Part shown: piece by piece, positions 1 to 13,091 of the stretch | Position numbering within the stretch: position 1 is the first letter of the stretch | How the letters are laid out: each line of letters begins with the position of its first letter | Assembly: GCA_965204745.1 (NCBI GenBank) | Contig: OZ242010.1 | Span: 3,744,001-3,808,000 of the forward strand | Source: Candidatus Latescibacterota bacterium | GTDB taxonomy: Bacteria; Latescibacterota; UBA2968 | Direction: 5' to 3' | Length of the DNA: 64,000 nt | Translations under genes and position numbers: made by a program | The notes under the pieces: model-generated | What the model was told of the DNA's origin: nothing | The model's input: only the letters and a program-made list of their open reading frames with translations | Databases searched by the model: none

Positions 1-2214
<2,214 letters not shown>

Positions 2215-2231
<17 letters not shown>

Positions 2232-3987
2232 CCGAACCTCTCCCGTCGAAAAAAATTGCACCGCCTTCTTTGCCCACGACCAAAATCGCCACTTGGCTTC
2301 CGGTCAGCACGTACTGGGTCATCAATCGCTGTTGACCATAAACCGACTGCTGTGACTTTTGCACCACATCTGACCCACGCGCCAGCGAGAGGGCAGCCAT
2401 CACGGACGCGGGCAATCCGGAAATGGCCCGCCCACCCATGCTCACGCCGGGCGCAGACCCCACAAAGCGCGCGACGAGTGCGTCATTGCGCCCGGGGGTT
2501 TTTATCACTCCTAGCAATTCATCCAGTGTTTTGGGTTGGTAAGACGTGCTCTTCGCGTCTTGCAACCGCTGGTCGCGCTCGTTCACAACTTGCAACATCA
2601 ACCGCCCAGGCCGCATGTACTCGGGAATGGGCAGGGCCACCTCTACCACCTCGCGCTCGCCCAATAACGGCGCCAGCGACACAGAGGCCCGCACCGTATC
2701 GCCCGGGTCGTAGTGCGACCGATCCAAGCGCAACCCCTCGATGCGCGCGCTTTGGGTGCGCTCTTCAACCGATAGTTCAAACACCGCCGAGTCGATATCG
2801 GCCTCGACAAAGGGATTTTGAATCACCTGCGCCAGGGGTTGCGTCAACCCGAGCACGGCTAGCCCAAGGCCCTGCGCGCCCGCGTACTTGTTTTTGATCA
2901 CCACGCTTTCGCGCTCGGGCAGGTGCAATGTCAACTGCCCGACGACCGTGGTTTCGCCGGTCAGTTTTTCCGCAGAGATGAGGGAAGTGGCCACGGCCAT
3001 CCGCACCAACAAAGGCCCGAGTTCGCGGTGGCGAAAGATCTCCATCTTAAACGCAGCGGCGTGGTTGGACGAGGAGATAGAGATCCGCACGGGCATCATC
3101 TCCGCGTCGGCCCCGACCACGCCGGCAATGCCCGGCGCACGGTCTTGCACAACCACGCCGAGGTGTTGAGACGCCGCGCCCAGCTTAAAGGACAGCAACT
3201 GGCTGGAGACCACCTCGTGGATAAACGCGCCCGTCATCGCCATTGCCGTGCGCCCGCCAAACAGCATGGGATGCCCAAACCCCACCACGCGGTTGCCCAC
3301 GCGATGGGTCAGGGTGCCAATGCCCGTCACGCTGAGATCGCCCCGAACCAGTTGCACGCCCAACGGCGCGCCCGGTTCAAACGCCCCCAGGGGCAACGAG
3401 GAGTCCGTGCCGCCGCCGCCCTGCATGGGCAACAAGCCGTATTTTGCCAGCTCGGCGCGAAATTCCTCGGCGATTTGAGGGGCGAATCCCGAAAGCATCA
3501 GCGGGATGGCCACGGGTTTTAAGACGCCGCCGCGCACGCCTGCGATTCGCCCATCCCACGGCGCGGACCCATAAGTCGCACGCGACAGGGTATCGACAGC
3601 CGCGCGCTGGAGCACCGTCATCATCTCGCCAATGGGGGTGATGCCCGCGATGGGCTCTTCGGCAAACGCGCCAATGCTATACCCCACTGCGCCGATCAAT
3701 TTTCCTTCGATATACACCGGGCTACCGCTCATGCCGGCGATGACCCCGGTTCGCGCCAAAGGCCCGCCGGACAGGCGCGCGAGGATCATATCGCTTTTGG
3801 GGCCAAACACATTGCGTAAAACCCCCAAGACCTCAACGCCAAAGGTGTCGATGCGTGTGCCATGAAAAACCGTGCGCCCAACGCCTTTCATGCCGCGCTG
3901 GATGTCCTCGACCGGCAGATACAACTCGGCGCGGCTCGATCCGTACAGCGCGAAGGTGATCAACAATGTCAAAACTCGAGAAATCAT
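2215..3987 (-). CDS. SpoIVB peptidase S55 domain protein, exported
   Basis: Signal peptide, catalytic motif GVIAGMSGSPVY, then GTLT and FGHP motifs. Overlaps the downstream gene. Confidence 0.85.
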
Positions 3988-4408
3988 GCGTTCACGTTCC
4001 GCGTAAAATGGGGTGGGCGTGCGTTTTGGTATCGCGTTATTATACCGATTTTTCGGGCCGTGAACAAGTTTCTTGTGAAACGCATCAAACCGGCGTATCA
4101 TCAAAAAAGCGATCCTCATTCAGCGACCTGCCGATCCAATGGATGGAAAGTTGACCACTGACTGCTGACCGCTTAATCCGCCCGGGGGCGGGCAACTCAC
4201 ACAGCCGGGGAGAGATGATTCTGCACCGAGGAATCCGGCTGCGTTGAGCGCGTCTCGCCCCCGGGTTTTTTGTTTCAAAACCTAAATGGCGAGTTTGCTT
4301 TGGAGCATGTTGATGATATGGGGAAAAGAAGGGTGGCATTCAGATGACGGAGAATATCCGATGGGGAATCGGTGTCACCTTTCTGACTCGGCGGGGGGTC
4401 GACGAGTT

Positions 4409-4437
4409 TTTCTTTTTTAGACAGCCTTAAGATAGGC
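4409..4437 (-). promoter_or_regulatory. sigma70-type promoter TTGACC-17-TATCTT
   Basis: Read on the minus strand, about 420 bp upstream of the S55 peptidase start. Confidence 0.5.
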
Positions 4438-4559
4438 CATTGTTTTTTTTAGGTCAAGAGTCGTTTTTGAGAAGGCAGCGAAAGGCGAATACAACTGGCG
4501 CCCAGCGAGTTCAAAGGCGCGAAAGGGGTTGATCGCGGATCGCGGATCACTGCCTCTGT

Positions 4560-6440
4560 TCAGCGTCGGCTTGCCCGAAGCGGTGGATCGATGCCCTGTT
4601 TCAAAAAGCGGACGAACACATCCACGTCGCGCGTCATCCCCGGAAAGTGGGCGATCTCTTCGCCATCCGGCGACAGAACGGCGTACAAAGGCAGGGCCAC
4701 CGTGCCGAAGCGCGCTTCTTGCAAATCGCGGTTGCGCTTGTATTTCTCTCCTCTGCCGTCTGTGTAGAGTTGTAAGCGCACGAATTGTTTGAGCAAGGCA
4801 TGCACCTCTTTTTCTGGAAAAATATTGGCCTCCATCCAGCGGCAATTCGTACACGCATAGCCCGTAAAGTCGATGAACACGGGTTTGCGCGCGGCCTGTG
4901 CTTCTGCCAAAGCGGCCTCGTAATCATCGCGCCATGTCAACTCGGGTTCGCCGCTCCTGATTTTCGCAATTTCGCCATAGCTGCCATAAGGCGGGAAAAA
5001 TGCGTCCCATTCGCCCAAGGGCGCGCCCAAAAGGCCCGTCATCAAATACAGCCCAAAGGCCAGACAACCACTGCTCGCCAACAAGCGCAGGGGGCCAATC
5101 GCGTCCAGCGGGGAATCGTGGGGCAAGCGGATTTTGCCGAGCAAATACATGCCGCACAGCAAAAAGATGGCGACCCAGCCCGCGATGAAAAGCTCGCGCG
5201 ACAGAATGCCCCATTGCCACACGAGATCGACATTGCTCAAAAATTTCAATGCGGCGGCCAATTCCAAAAAGCCCATCACCACCTTCACGGAATTGAGCCA
5301 ACCGCCGCTTTGGGGCAGTGCGGAAAGCGTTTGCGGAAAGAGTGCCAAAAAGAAAAACGGCGCGGCAAACGCGGTCGAAAACGCGAGCATGCCCAAAATC
5401 GGCCACGCCCATGTGCCCTGTGCGGTGAGCACCAACAACGTGCCGACAAAGGGCGCGGTACACGTAAATGAGGTAAGCGAAAACGTGAACCCCATGATCA
5501 AAATCGCGCCGTAGCTGCCGCCCTGCACTTGGTTCAACTTGTTGAGCAACCCGTAGGGCAAGCGGATTTCAAACAGGCCGAACAGGGCGAGGGCGAATGC
5601 CACAAAAATCCCGGTGATCAACAAATTGATCCAGGGATTGGCTGCAAATTGCGCGGCGCCCGAAGCCCCCAAAGTCGCGGCCAACACCATCCCCAGCCCG
5701 GTAAACGTGAAAACGATGCCCCCGCAATAGGCCAGTGATTTGGCGATAGACTCGCGCCGGCTCTGGATTTCCTGCTTGGTGAAAAACGACACGGTAATCG
5801 GAATCATGGGAAATACGCAAGGCGTGAGCAGGGCCAAAAAGCCCATGGACAAAGACAGGTACAAAAACGCGCCCAATCCCTGCGTGATCGCGCGCCCCAC
5901 ATCGGCCACGCTGCCCGTGCCATCTAGCGGTACGTCAGCAACAGCGGAGAATGTGTACTCGGCCCGCGCGGCCCCGGCTTCCACAGTCACGGGGATTTCA
6001 AAAACGTGCGTCTCGGGCGGCAAACACTGCGTAGCATTGCACAGCATGTAGGTTATCTCACCCGCCAGGGTCTTCACCCCAGGCGCGCCTTCTGCCACCT
6101 CGGCCCGCATTCCAAATCGCACTTCGGTGTGGTAGTATTCCACATCCATGTCAAAATTTGGATCGCGTTCCACTATCGGCTCGGGCTGAATCGCCCGGCC
6201 CACCTGCCGAAATCCCGCGCCCGACAGAACAATTTCCGTGGGGATCGGCCCGCCCGGGGGCAGAGTCGTGGAATAAATATGCCAATCGCCGGACAGGGAC
6301 ACATCGATCCAAACCGTGACCGCCTCGCCCACGCGCGCCACTTTGGGGTCAACCGAAATGCCAAACGCCGCCTCATCCTGCGCCCTCGCGGCGCTGATCT
6401 GAAGGGCCATCAAAATACATGCTGCGATAAAAGTACGCAT
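4560..6440 (-). CDS. dsbD: Thiol:disulfide interchange protein DsbD
   Basis: N-domain CNATQCLPP, transmembrane cysteines LTPCVFP and FTCTAP, thioredoxin motif CTNC. Confidence 0.9.
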   Translation of the reverse strand: MRTFIAACILMALQISAARAQDEAAFGISVDPKVARVGEAVTVWIDVSLSGDWHIYSTTLPPGGPIPTEIVLSGAGFRQVGRAIQPEPIVERDPNFDMDVEYYHTEVRFGMRAEVAEGAPGVKTLAGEITYMLCNATQCLPPETHVFEIPVTVEAGAARAEYTFSAVADVPLDGTGSVADVGRAITQGLGAFLYLSLSMGFLALLTPCVFPMIPITVSFFTKQEIQSRRESIAKSLAYCGGIVFTFTGLGMVLAATLGASGAAQFAANPWINLLITGIFVAFALALFGLFEIRLPYGLLNKLNQVQGGSYGAILIMGFTFSLTSFTCTAPFVGTLLVLTAQGTWAWPILGMLAFSTAFAAPFFFLALFPQTLSALPQSGGWLNSVKVVMGFLELAAALKFLSNVDLVWQWGILSRELFIAGWVAIFLLCGMYLLGKIRLPHDSPLDAIGPLRLLASSGCLAFGLYLMTGLLGAPLGEWDAFFPPYGSYGEIAKIRSGEPELTWRDDYEAALAEAQAARKPVFIDFTGYACTNCRWMEANIFPEKEVHALLKQFVRLQLYTDGRGEKYKRNRDLQEARFGTVALPLYAVLSPDGEEIAHFPGMTRDVDVFVRFLKQGIDPPLRASRR

Positions 6441-6461
6441 ATTGTTCTCCTTGGTCAGTGG

Positions 6462-9400
6462 TCAGTCCGCCCTACCGCAAGCCCTTTCCCTTTTTATCAC
6501 GAGAAGCGTGACGTCGTCTGTCTGTGCGGAGGAGGCTCGGAATTGAAGCAAGTCGTCTATCACGGTATCGATCAGGGTGCTGGCATCCTCATGGGCGTGT
6601 TTTTTGAGTAGGGCTTCCAACCGCGCTTCTTCGTAAAAATCGCCCGCGGCATTTTGCATATCCGTCACCCCGTCGCTGTAAAGCACCAGCATATCGCCCG
6701 CGTCTAATGAGATATGCGTCCCTTTGGGATCCGTATTGACCTCGGGGGGCAAGGTCATGCCCAAGGGCACGGACATCAATTCGACCATGTGCAACTGCCC
6801 GGCCGCAGAGACGTGATAGGGATAGGGATGCCCTGCATTGGCCAAAACGACCTTCCCATTCTGCAAATACAGCGTGCCCAAGCAGCAGGTCACAAAACTC
6901 GCCGCGTCGAATTGCTCTTGCAAAACCGCGTTCAAATTCCGCAACACATCTAGCGGAGGGCGTTCCGCACGCGCCTCGTAGTGTAGCATCCCGCTCAACT
7001 GCATGGCCCGCACCGCGCCTTGCATGGCTTTGCCGGACACATCGGCGGCGCCGAATCCCAGAATTTGCCGGTCGTCGTCCAGCCAGAAATACGTGAAATA
7101 ATCCCCGCCGACGTGATTGGCGGGCAGGCATCTGCCCACCACCTCAAAGCCCTGTTCGCGCACGGGGTCTCGGGGCAACAGGCCCATCTGCATATCGTGG
7201 GCTTCTTGGAGTTCCGTCTCCAATTCTTCGATCAAGCGCGCCTGTGCTATGCGCCAGCGTTTGTGCTTTTGAAACGCATATCCGGTCGTGACCAAGACGA
7301 TGAGCAGCGAAAACCCGCTCAATCCCACAAACCATGGTCGTTGCCACACCGGGGCCAAAACTTCAAACTCCTGCACGACCGGGGTCGCATCCACATTAAA
7401 AGCCAGGTCCATAGCGCGCACTTCGAGGTCGTGTTTGCCGGCATCGAGGTTTTCCAACAACACGCGGTTGTTGCGCGAAAACGAGGACCACGCGCCCTGG
7501 TTGAGCCGCCATGCGTATTGCAAGGACCGGTCGGGCGTTTGCTTCCACACATCTTGTCCCGCAAATTCAAACAGCGCGTTTTGGTACGGCGCGATCTGCA
7601 CGGGCGGGGCCAAAAGCAGGGTTTCGGGGGCGTCTCTATCCGGGCGATAATGGGCCAATCCGCCGGCCGTCGCAAACCAGAGGTGGCCTTCGGCATCTTG
7701 CCCCACATCCCAAACCAGGGTGCTGGGCAACCCCTCTTGAACCGTATAGCGCACCCAGGCAAAACCATCCGTGTGAATCGCGCCATCGATAGACGACGCC
7801 AGCCAAACCGTGCCATCGTCCGCCGGGAAAATGCGCGTGACCCCATTGAACTGCGCCTGATTCGCGCCCGGCACGCGCCGCCATCGCTGCCCATTGAAAT
7901 GCGCCACGCCTTCGAGCGGCGAACTGATCCAAACGCGCCCGCCAATATCTTCGGCAACCGCGTTGATCGGGCCTTCGGGGATGCCATCGGCAAGCGTGTA
8001 TTTGCGCGGTTCGCCATCCGCCACATGCAACACGCCATCCATCTGCCCTATCCACAGCGCGCCATCGCTGGCCTCGCAAATCGAAATGCCATTGAGAGTG
8101 CCCGCCATCTGCGCCAAGCCGCGCACGGCAGCTGGGATGGTCCACGTCTGCCCATCAAAGCGATAAATGCCCGAGCGCGCGATGATCCACACGCCGCCAT
8201 CTTGCGCGGGACACACGGCGCGCATGGTCGATCCCCTGAGATGGTCGGGGGTTATCACCTGCCATGAGTCGCCGTCATAGCGCGCCAACTGATACGGGGT
8301 CGCGCCCCAAAGATCGCCCTTGCTATCGACAAACAGATCGAGCAGCCGCCCGCGCGTCTCGCGGTCTAAGTCATACACCTGATGCCATGCGTCTCGATCA
8401 AATTTGTACAGGGCGTCATTGCCGACCCAAAGTTGACCAGCGTCGCCGAGGGCGAACAACGCCATGCCGCGATCATCCATCCCCGGCCAGTTGCGATGGT
8501 GTTGCCATCCCGACAGCCCCAAGCGCGCAACGCCGCCGCGCGTGCCCACCCATACCGCGCCATCCGCAGCAATGCAAATATCGACCACATAGCTGTTGGG
8601 CAACCCCTCGCGTTCTGCAAAGCTATGCCATTGCCCGCGTGCATCTCGAAACGCCGCGCCGGCCGGCGTGCCGATCCACATGCCGTCTTTTGCAAAGCGG
8701 ATCACCTGCACGCGGTTGGAGGGCAAGCCGTGCGCGGTCGTGAACCCGTCCCAGTTGCCCCGATGATACCGCTTAAGCCCGGCCGCGCGCGTGCCAAACC
8801 ACACCGCGCCATCCGCACTGCGCGCCATCGCCAACACGGACACATCGACCAAAGTGTCCATGGCTGCAATGGGTTTCAAAACGCCCGTATCCATATCCAA
8901 CAAGTCCATGCCTTGCATGCCGTTTAGACCACCCACTTGCCGCGTTCCCCGTGCGGGCCTGCGGGGCCGGCGTTCTGCATCCATGAAACCGCCGCGTCCC
9001 CTGCGACCGCCTGGACCATCCGCGTCTCGAAAACCGCCGCGCCTGCCTCGGCCCGCCGCGTCGCCCGGTCCCATACCGGGGCCCAACAAGGCATTCCCGC
9101 CGCGTCCGCCATACGCGACCCAGACCTTGTCATTGGCGTCGGCCATCAGGCTTTGCACGCCTTGAATCGGGCGACCGTCGCGTGTCACCACATCCAATTT
9201 CGCGCCGGTAAGGCGCAACAGGCGGCCGTCATCTGTCACAAAACAGACGCGATTTCTGCCCAGCGCCAAGATGTGGCGCACGCCCACCTGCCCCAACCAC
9301 TCTGGCCCATCGATGCCCCGCCACTCGTTTTGAGAAAAATGAGCGAGTGCCTGTTGGGGTTGGCGGTCGAGGCGGCGGCCCAATGCGGCCCAAACCTCGT

Positions 9401-9689
9401 TGTCGGACGTGGCGACCAGATCTAAAACCGCGTTTCCCGGCAGGCCATCTTCAACGCCATAAGTCTTCCAAACGCGGCCGTCATAGCGCGACACGCCGCC
9501 CAAGGTGGCAAACCACATGGCCCCATCTGGCGTTTGCACAACCGTCGTCACCACATTGTGCGCCAGCCCGTCTTCTTGCCGAAAAGCCGTCCACACGCGC
9601 TGGGCCTCGCCCGCAAAACTTTCGCTGTCAAATAAAAACAACCCGACGAGCACCCAACTGAAAAGCGTCTTCAATTTTTGACCGCCCAT
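6462..9689 (-). CDS. Periplasmic beta-propeller (Reg_prop/Y_Y_Y) sensor fused to a SpoIIE/PP2C phosphatase
   Basis: GLP.N.V..I...DG.WF.T repeats, single TM helix, PP2C motifs VGGDYF, ADVSGK, NAGHP, LYSDGV, DDVT. Confidence 0.88.
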   Translation of the reverse strand: MGGQKLKTLFSWVLVGLFLFDSESFAGEAQRVWTAFRQEDGLAHNVVTTVVQTPDGAMWFATLGGVSRYDGRVWKTYGVEDGLPGNAVLDLVATSDNEVWAALGRRLDRQPQQALAHFSQNEWRGIDGPEWLGQVGVRHILALGRNRVCFVTDDGRLLRLTGAKLDVVTRDGRPIQGVQSLMADANDKVWVAYGGRGGNALLGPGMGPGDAAGRGRRGGFRDADGPGGRRGRGGFMDAERRPRRPARGTRQVGGLNGMQGMDLLDMDTGVLKPIAAMDTLVDVSVLAMARSADGAVWFGTRAAGLKRYHRGNWDGFTTAHGLPSNRVQVIRFAKDGMWIGTPAGAAFRDARGQWHSFAEREGLPNSYVVDICIAADGAVWVGTRGGVARLGLSGWQHHRNWPGMDDRGMALFALGDAGQLWVGNDALYKFDRDAWHQVYDLDRETRGRLLDLFVDSKGDLWGATPYQLARYDGDSWQVITPDHLRGSTMRAVCPAQDGGVWIIARSGIYRFDGQTWTIPAAVRGLAQMAGTLNGISICEASDGALWIGQMDGVLHVADGEPRKYTLADGIPEGPINAVAEDIGGRVWISSPLEGVAHFNGQRWRRVPGANQAQFNGVTRIFPADDGTVWLASSIDGAIHTDGFAWVRYTVQEGLPSTLVWDVGQDAEGHLWFATAGGLAHYRPDRDAPETLLLAPPVQIAPYQNALFEFAGQDVWKQTPDRSLQYAWRLNQGAWSSFSRNNRVLLENLDAGKHDLEVRAMDLAFNVDATPVVQEFEVLAPVWQRPWFVGLSGFSLLIVLVTTGYAFQKHKRWRIAQARLIEELETELQEAHDMQMGLLPRDPVREQGFEVVGRCLPANHVGGDYFTYFWLDDDRQILGFGAADVSGKAMQGAVRAMQLSGMLHYEARAERPPLDVLRNLNAVLQEQFDAASFVTCCLGTLYLQNGKVVLANAGHPYPYHVSAAGQLHMVELMSVPLGMTLPPEVNTDPKGTHISLDAGDMLVLYSDGVTDMQNAAGDFYEEARLEALLKKHAHEDASTLIDTVIDDLLQFRASSAQTDDVTLLVIKRERACGRAD

Positions 9690-9915
9690 TCACACACTCC
9701 TTCAAAATTCATATCGCGTCAATACCCGTGCATCGCCATTTTGTCGCGCTTGCTATCTCAAGTGCCATGCGCTATGTTGACAAATCGCAGATTAGCCGAA
9801 GTGATCGTATCGGTATGGCGTTTGCCCTTCGTGGATCTTAGACCTAACATTTACAAATGGAGTTCCTAAAGCACTTCGCGTCCTTCGCGGATCACCTTTA
9901 TCGAGGAGTTTTTTT

Positions 9916-11328
9916 ATGCCTACGGATCGTCCCAACATCCTCTTCATCATGTCTGACGACCACGCATCGCATGCGATGAGTTGTTACGACAGCCGCATCA
10001 ACCAGACGCCCAACCTCGACCGCATTGCAAACGAGGGCATGCGTTTTGACAACTGCTTTTGCACCAACTCGATTTGTGCTCCCAGCCGTGCGGTCATCCT
10101 CACCGGCACGTACAACCACATCAACGGCGTCACCACGCTGGCGACCCATCTCGACGGCAGGCAACTCACCTTTCCCAAACTGCTCCAACGCGCGGGCTAT
10201 CAAACCGCCATGATCGGCAAGTGGCATCTCGGTCACGGTGGGATTCACGACCCCACCGGCTTTGACTACTGGAATGTGTTGCCCGGGCAGGGCTTGTACC
10301 ACGACCCCAAAATGATGGAAATGGGCGAGGAAAAGGTCTATGAGGGCTATGTCACGGACATCATCACGGACTTGAGCCTCGACTGGCTCAAAGCGCGGGA
10401 CACCAACCGGCCGTTCATGCTCATGTATCACCACAAGGCACCCCATCGGGCTTGGGAGCCAGACGAGAAACACGCCCACCTGTACGAAGACGAGGACATT
10501 CCCGAACCCGAAACCCTGTGGGACGATTACAGCAACCGCGCCAGTGCGGCCAAAGCCGCCAAGATGCGCGTTGACCGCGACATGAACGAAAGAGACCTCA
10601 AGGGATTGCCCCCTGAGGGCCTCACGCCCGAAGAAGACAAAAAATGGAAGTACCAGCGTTATATCAAAGACTACCTGCGCTGTGTGGCGTCTGTTGACGA
10701 CAATGTGGGGCGCGTGCTCGACTATCTCGATGCGGAGGGCCTCGCCGACAATACCATCGTCATTTACACGTCTGACCAAGGCTTTTTCCTGGGCGACCAC
10801 GGTTGGTACGACAAGCGATTTATGTACGAGGAATCGCTGCGGATGCCGTTCATCATTCGCTATCCCAAAGAGATCGAACCCGGCGGTGTCAATCCCGACA
10901 TGATCCTCAATGTCGATTTTGCCCCCACCTTTCTCGACTACGCGGGGATCGACATTCCCGAGACCTTTCAGGGATCGAGCATCCGTCCCTTGCTCAACCG
11001 CGAAACCCCCGACGGTTGGCAAACCTCGATGTATTATCGCTATTGGATGCACTTGTCACACCACGGCGTTTATGCCCATTACGGCGTTCGCACCCACGAG
11101 TACAAACTCATCTACTACTACGCTGATGGCCTGCAACAAAAAGGGTCTGTCGAAGATACCAAAGAACCCGAATGGGAACTTTTCGATCTCGAAAAAGACC
11201 CCCATGAACTCAACGATGTGTACGACAATCCCGAATACGCCGAGGTCGTGCGCGAACTCAAAGACGAACTCCACCGCCTCCAAGCCAAGGTGCAAGACGA
11301 GCGTTATTCAAAGGATGTGGAAGCGTGA
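9916..11328 (+). CDS. Formylglycine-dependent (S1) sulfatase, Cys-type
   Basis: SDDH, CAPSRA, GKWHL, SDQG and KRFMYEES motifs. Confidence 0.93.
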   Translation: MPTDRPNILFIMSDDHASHAMSCYDSRINQTPNLDRIANEGMRFDNCFCTNSICAPSRAVILTGTYNHINGVTTLATHLDGRQLTFPKLLQRAGYQTAMIGKWHLGHGGIHDPTGFDYWNVLPGQGLYHDPKMMEMGEEKVYEGYVTDIITDLSLDWLKARDTNRPFMLMYHHKAPHRAWEPDEKHAHLYEDEDIPEPETLWDDYSNRASAAKAAKMRVDRDMNERDLKGLPPEGLTPEEDKKWKYQRYIKDYLRCVASVDDNVGRVLDYLDAEGLADNTIVIYTSDQGFFLGDHGWYDKRFMYEESLRMPFIIRYPKEIEPGGVNPDMILNVDFAPTFLDYAGIDIPETFQGSSIRPLLNRETPDGWQTSMYYRYWMHLSHHGVYAHYGVRTHEYKLIYYYADGLQQKGSVEDTKEPEWELFDLEKDPHELNDVYDNPEYAEVVRELKDELHRLQAKVQDERYSKDVEA

Positions 11329-12263
11329 AGATGTAGCACGGGGCATCGCCCAAAAAGGTGAGAGGTGAGAGGCAAGACGGGAGAAGACCACCCCTCTCCC
11401 CTCTTGCCTCTTACCTCTTGCCTCTCCCCTCTCTTTTGTATCACTTCTGCAATCTCATTCGCAAAGCGGAGTTGGCTGTCGTCTTCGGGTGCGTAGCCCA
11501 CGATGCGTCTTGCGTTGGCGATGTTCCAGAATCGGTGTGTGTTTCCGCTGATGCCGAAAAAAATTTGAAATGGGATGCCGTTTTCGTCTTCGATGTTCTC
11601 GGTTTCGAGGCTTTTGATGACGAGTTGCGAGAGGTCGCGCGCGCTCAAGTACGCGCCGAGTTCGCGGTGCAGGCGTTTCAGGTCGTCGGCGGATTGCCCT
11701 TCCATGACGGTGTCGCGGGGCGCGCCGATGCGGATGTGGACGCTTTCCAGCCGCTTGCCATCGGTGGCGGTGCCGGTTGCAAACACGAAGGCGAGGTGTT
11801 CGTAAGAGGATTTGGCCCAGCCGTAAAAATTGTCGGACAGGGGCAACATGTCGGTGGTGGCAAAGTCCAATTGGTCGGACCAGATCAGCCGCTCGTAAAA
11901 GTCGCAGGCGTGGTTGGAACTCATCACCACGATGCGGTTGACGCCTTCTTCAATGCAGGTTTGGTACACATTGTAGCACATCCGAATGTTGTCGGATTCT
12001 TTCCAGTAGTCCGTGTGTTGCCAGTCCACCGTGCCCTTGAACCCGCAGTGGACGACGGCGTCTGCCCCTTGAAAATGGGCGCGGTACGCATCCCGATCCG
12101 GATTTTCCAAGTCCGCGATTTGCACGCCTTCGACGGCGTCACCATCGCGGGTGGTGGTTTTGACGTCCAACATGGTCAGGTCGTACTGTGCGCGCAATGC
12201 GGGCAGCATCAACCCCGCCACATAGCCCGCTGCACCGGTGACGACGATCTTCTTTTGTGACAT
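11304..12263 (-). CDS. NAD-dependent epimerase/dehydrogenase (uronate dehydrogenase-like)
   Basis: VVTGAAGYV Rossmann motif, SSNHA, YGWAK. The last ~40 codons run through a repeat element. Confidence 0.8.
   Translation of the reverse strand: MSQKKIVVTGAAGYVAGLMLPALRAQYDLTMLDVKTTTRDGDAVEGVQIADLENPDRDAYRAHFQGADAVVHCGFKGTVDWQHTDYWKESDNIRMCYNVYQTCIEEGVNRIVVMSSNHACDFYERLIWSDQLDFATTDMLPLSDNFYGWAKSSYEHLAFVFATGTATDGKRLESVHIRIGAPRDTVMEGQSADDLKRLHRELGAYLSARDLSQLVIKSLETENIEDENGIPFQIFFGISGNTHRFWNIANARRIVGYAPEDDSQLRFANEIAEVIQKRGERQEVRGKRGEGWSSPVLPLTSHLFGRCPVLHLHASTSFE
11336..11432. repeat. Dispersed ~60-bp repeat (inverted copy at 57661-57720) followed by CTCTTRC heptamers
   Basis: agcacggggcatc..aaaaaggtgagaggtgagaggcaagacgggagaag matches the reverse complement of 57661-57720. 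Confidence 0.8.
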
Positions 12264-12279
12264 GGCGTTTCTCCTGTGT

Positions 12280-12843
12280 TCATGACGCTCGATAGACGAC
12301 CTGCCCGCGCACGACAGTTGCCACGATGTCCAAGTTTGCCTGACCTGCTCGCCAGCGGAACAAGGACAGGCTCGCCTCTTTGCCGACTGCGATGGACCCC
12401 ACGCGGTCGTCGATGCCCAACAAGCGCGCCGGGTTTATCGAGGTCATGGCGATGGCGTCTGCCAATGATGCGTCTGTGTGATGCACGGCATTGGGAATCC
12501 CGCTGTCCAGCAACAGGCCCGCGCCGGCCAGATAGGGCGTGCCCGCCAGTGAGATTTTGCCATTGGCGTGCAACTCGCTTTTGCCCAACCCGCTTTCGGA
12601 TCCGTAGATGCCGGGCGGCAGGCCCGCGATAGAGGCCACGTCGCTGACCAAGCAGATCCGGTCTTTGCCTTTGGCGCGGTAAAAACTTTTCAAGACGGCT
12701 GGGGGCAAGTGAAAGCCATCTGGGATGATGCCTGCCCACAGCGCGTCTGCGGAACCGTCGCGGCGAATGCCCGCGATGTGCGCGCCCTCTGTCTGCACTG
12801 TGACGACCTCTGACGCACCGACCAACTTGCCTTTGAAATTCAT
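12280..12843 (-). pseudogene. nagA: N-acetylglucosamine-6-phosphate deacetylase-like gene with a large internal in-frame deletion
   Basis: C-terminal motifs IPDGFHLP, LVSD, LAGAGL, NPARLLG and GSIAVGKEA are present. Only 187 aa; the metal-binding N-terminal barrel is absent. Confidence 0.65.
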
Positions 12844-12939
12844 GGTTGTTCTCCCTCTGCAAAGGATTTGTCTATAAAGGCGTCATATAATACGCATTGA
12901 CCTTGTCTTCAGCAAACGGATTTCTTTTTTTTCGGGTGT

Positions 12940-12975
12940 AGAAGCCCCGACCTTTCAACGCGGGGAGTGTATCAC
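12940..12975 (+). mobile_element. Isolated IS200/IS605-type right end (non-autonomous remnant)
   Basis: agaagccccgacctttcaacgcggggagtgtatcac: subterminal hairpin ending in TCAC, typical of TnpB-element right ends. Confidence 0.55.
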
Positions 12976-12977
12976 TG

Positions 12978-13006
12978 TTGACGACTTTGGCGGACAATCG
13001 TATTAT
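12978..13006 (+). promoter_or_regulatory. sigma70 promoter TTGACG-17-TATTAT
   Basis: Upstream of the Gfo/Idh/MocA gene. Confidence 0.6.
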
Positions 13007-13091
13007 GAGACGCAGACGCTGGAGACGCTGATCCCGCTGAAGTTGGGCGACGGAGCGCGTCCTGTATCCACAAACCGAAGAAAGGAAATCT

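Noticed and set aside
4205-4240. Glycine riboswitch (GGAGAG..CACCGAGG)
   Set aside because: Lacks the CUCUCAGG/P3 elements, is on the wrong strand for the downstream gene, and these bases are part of a rod hairpin.
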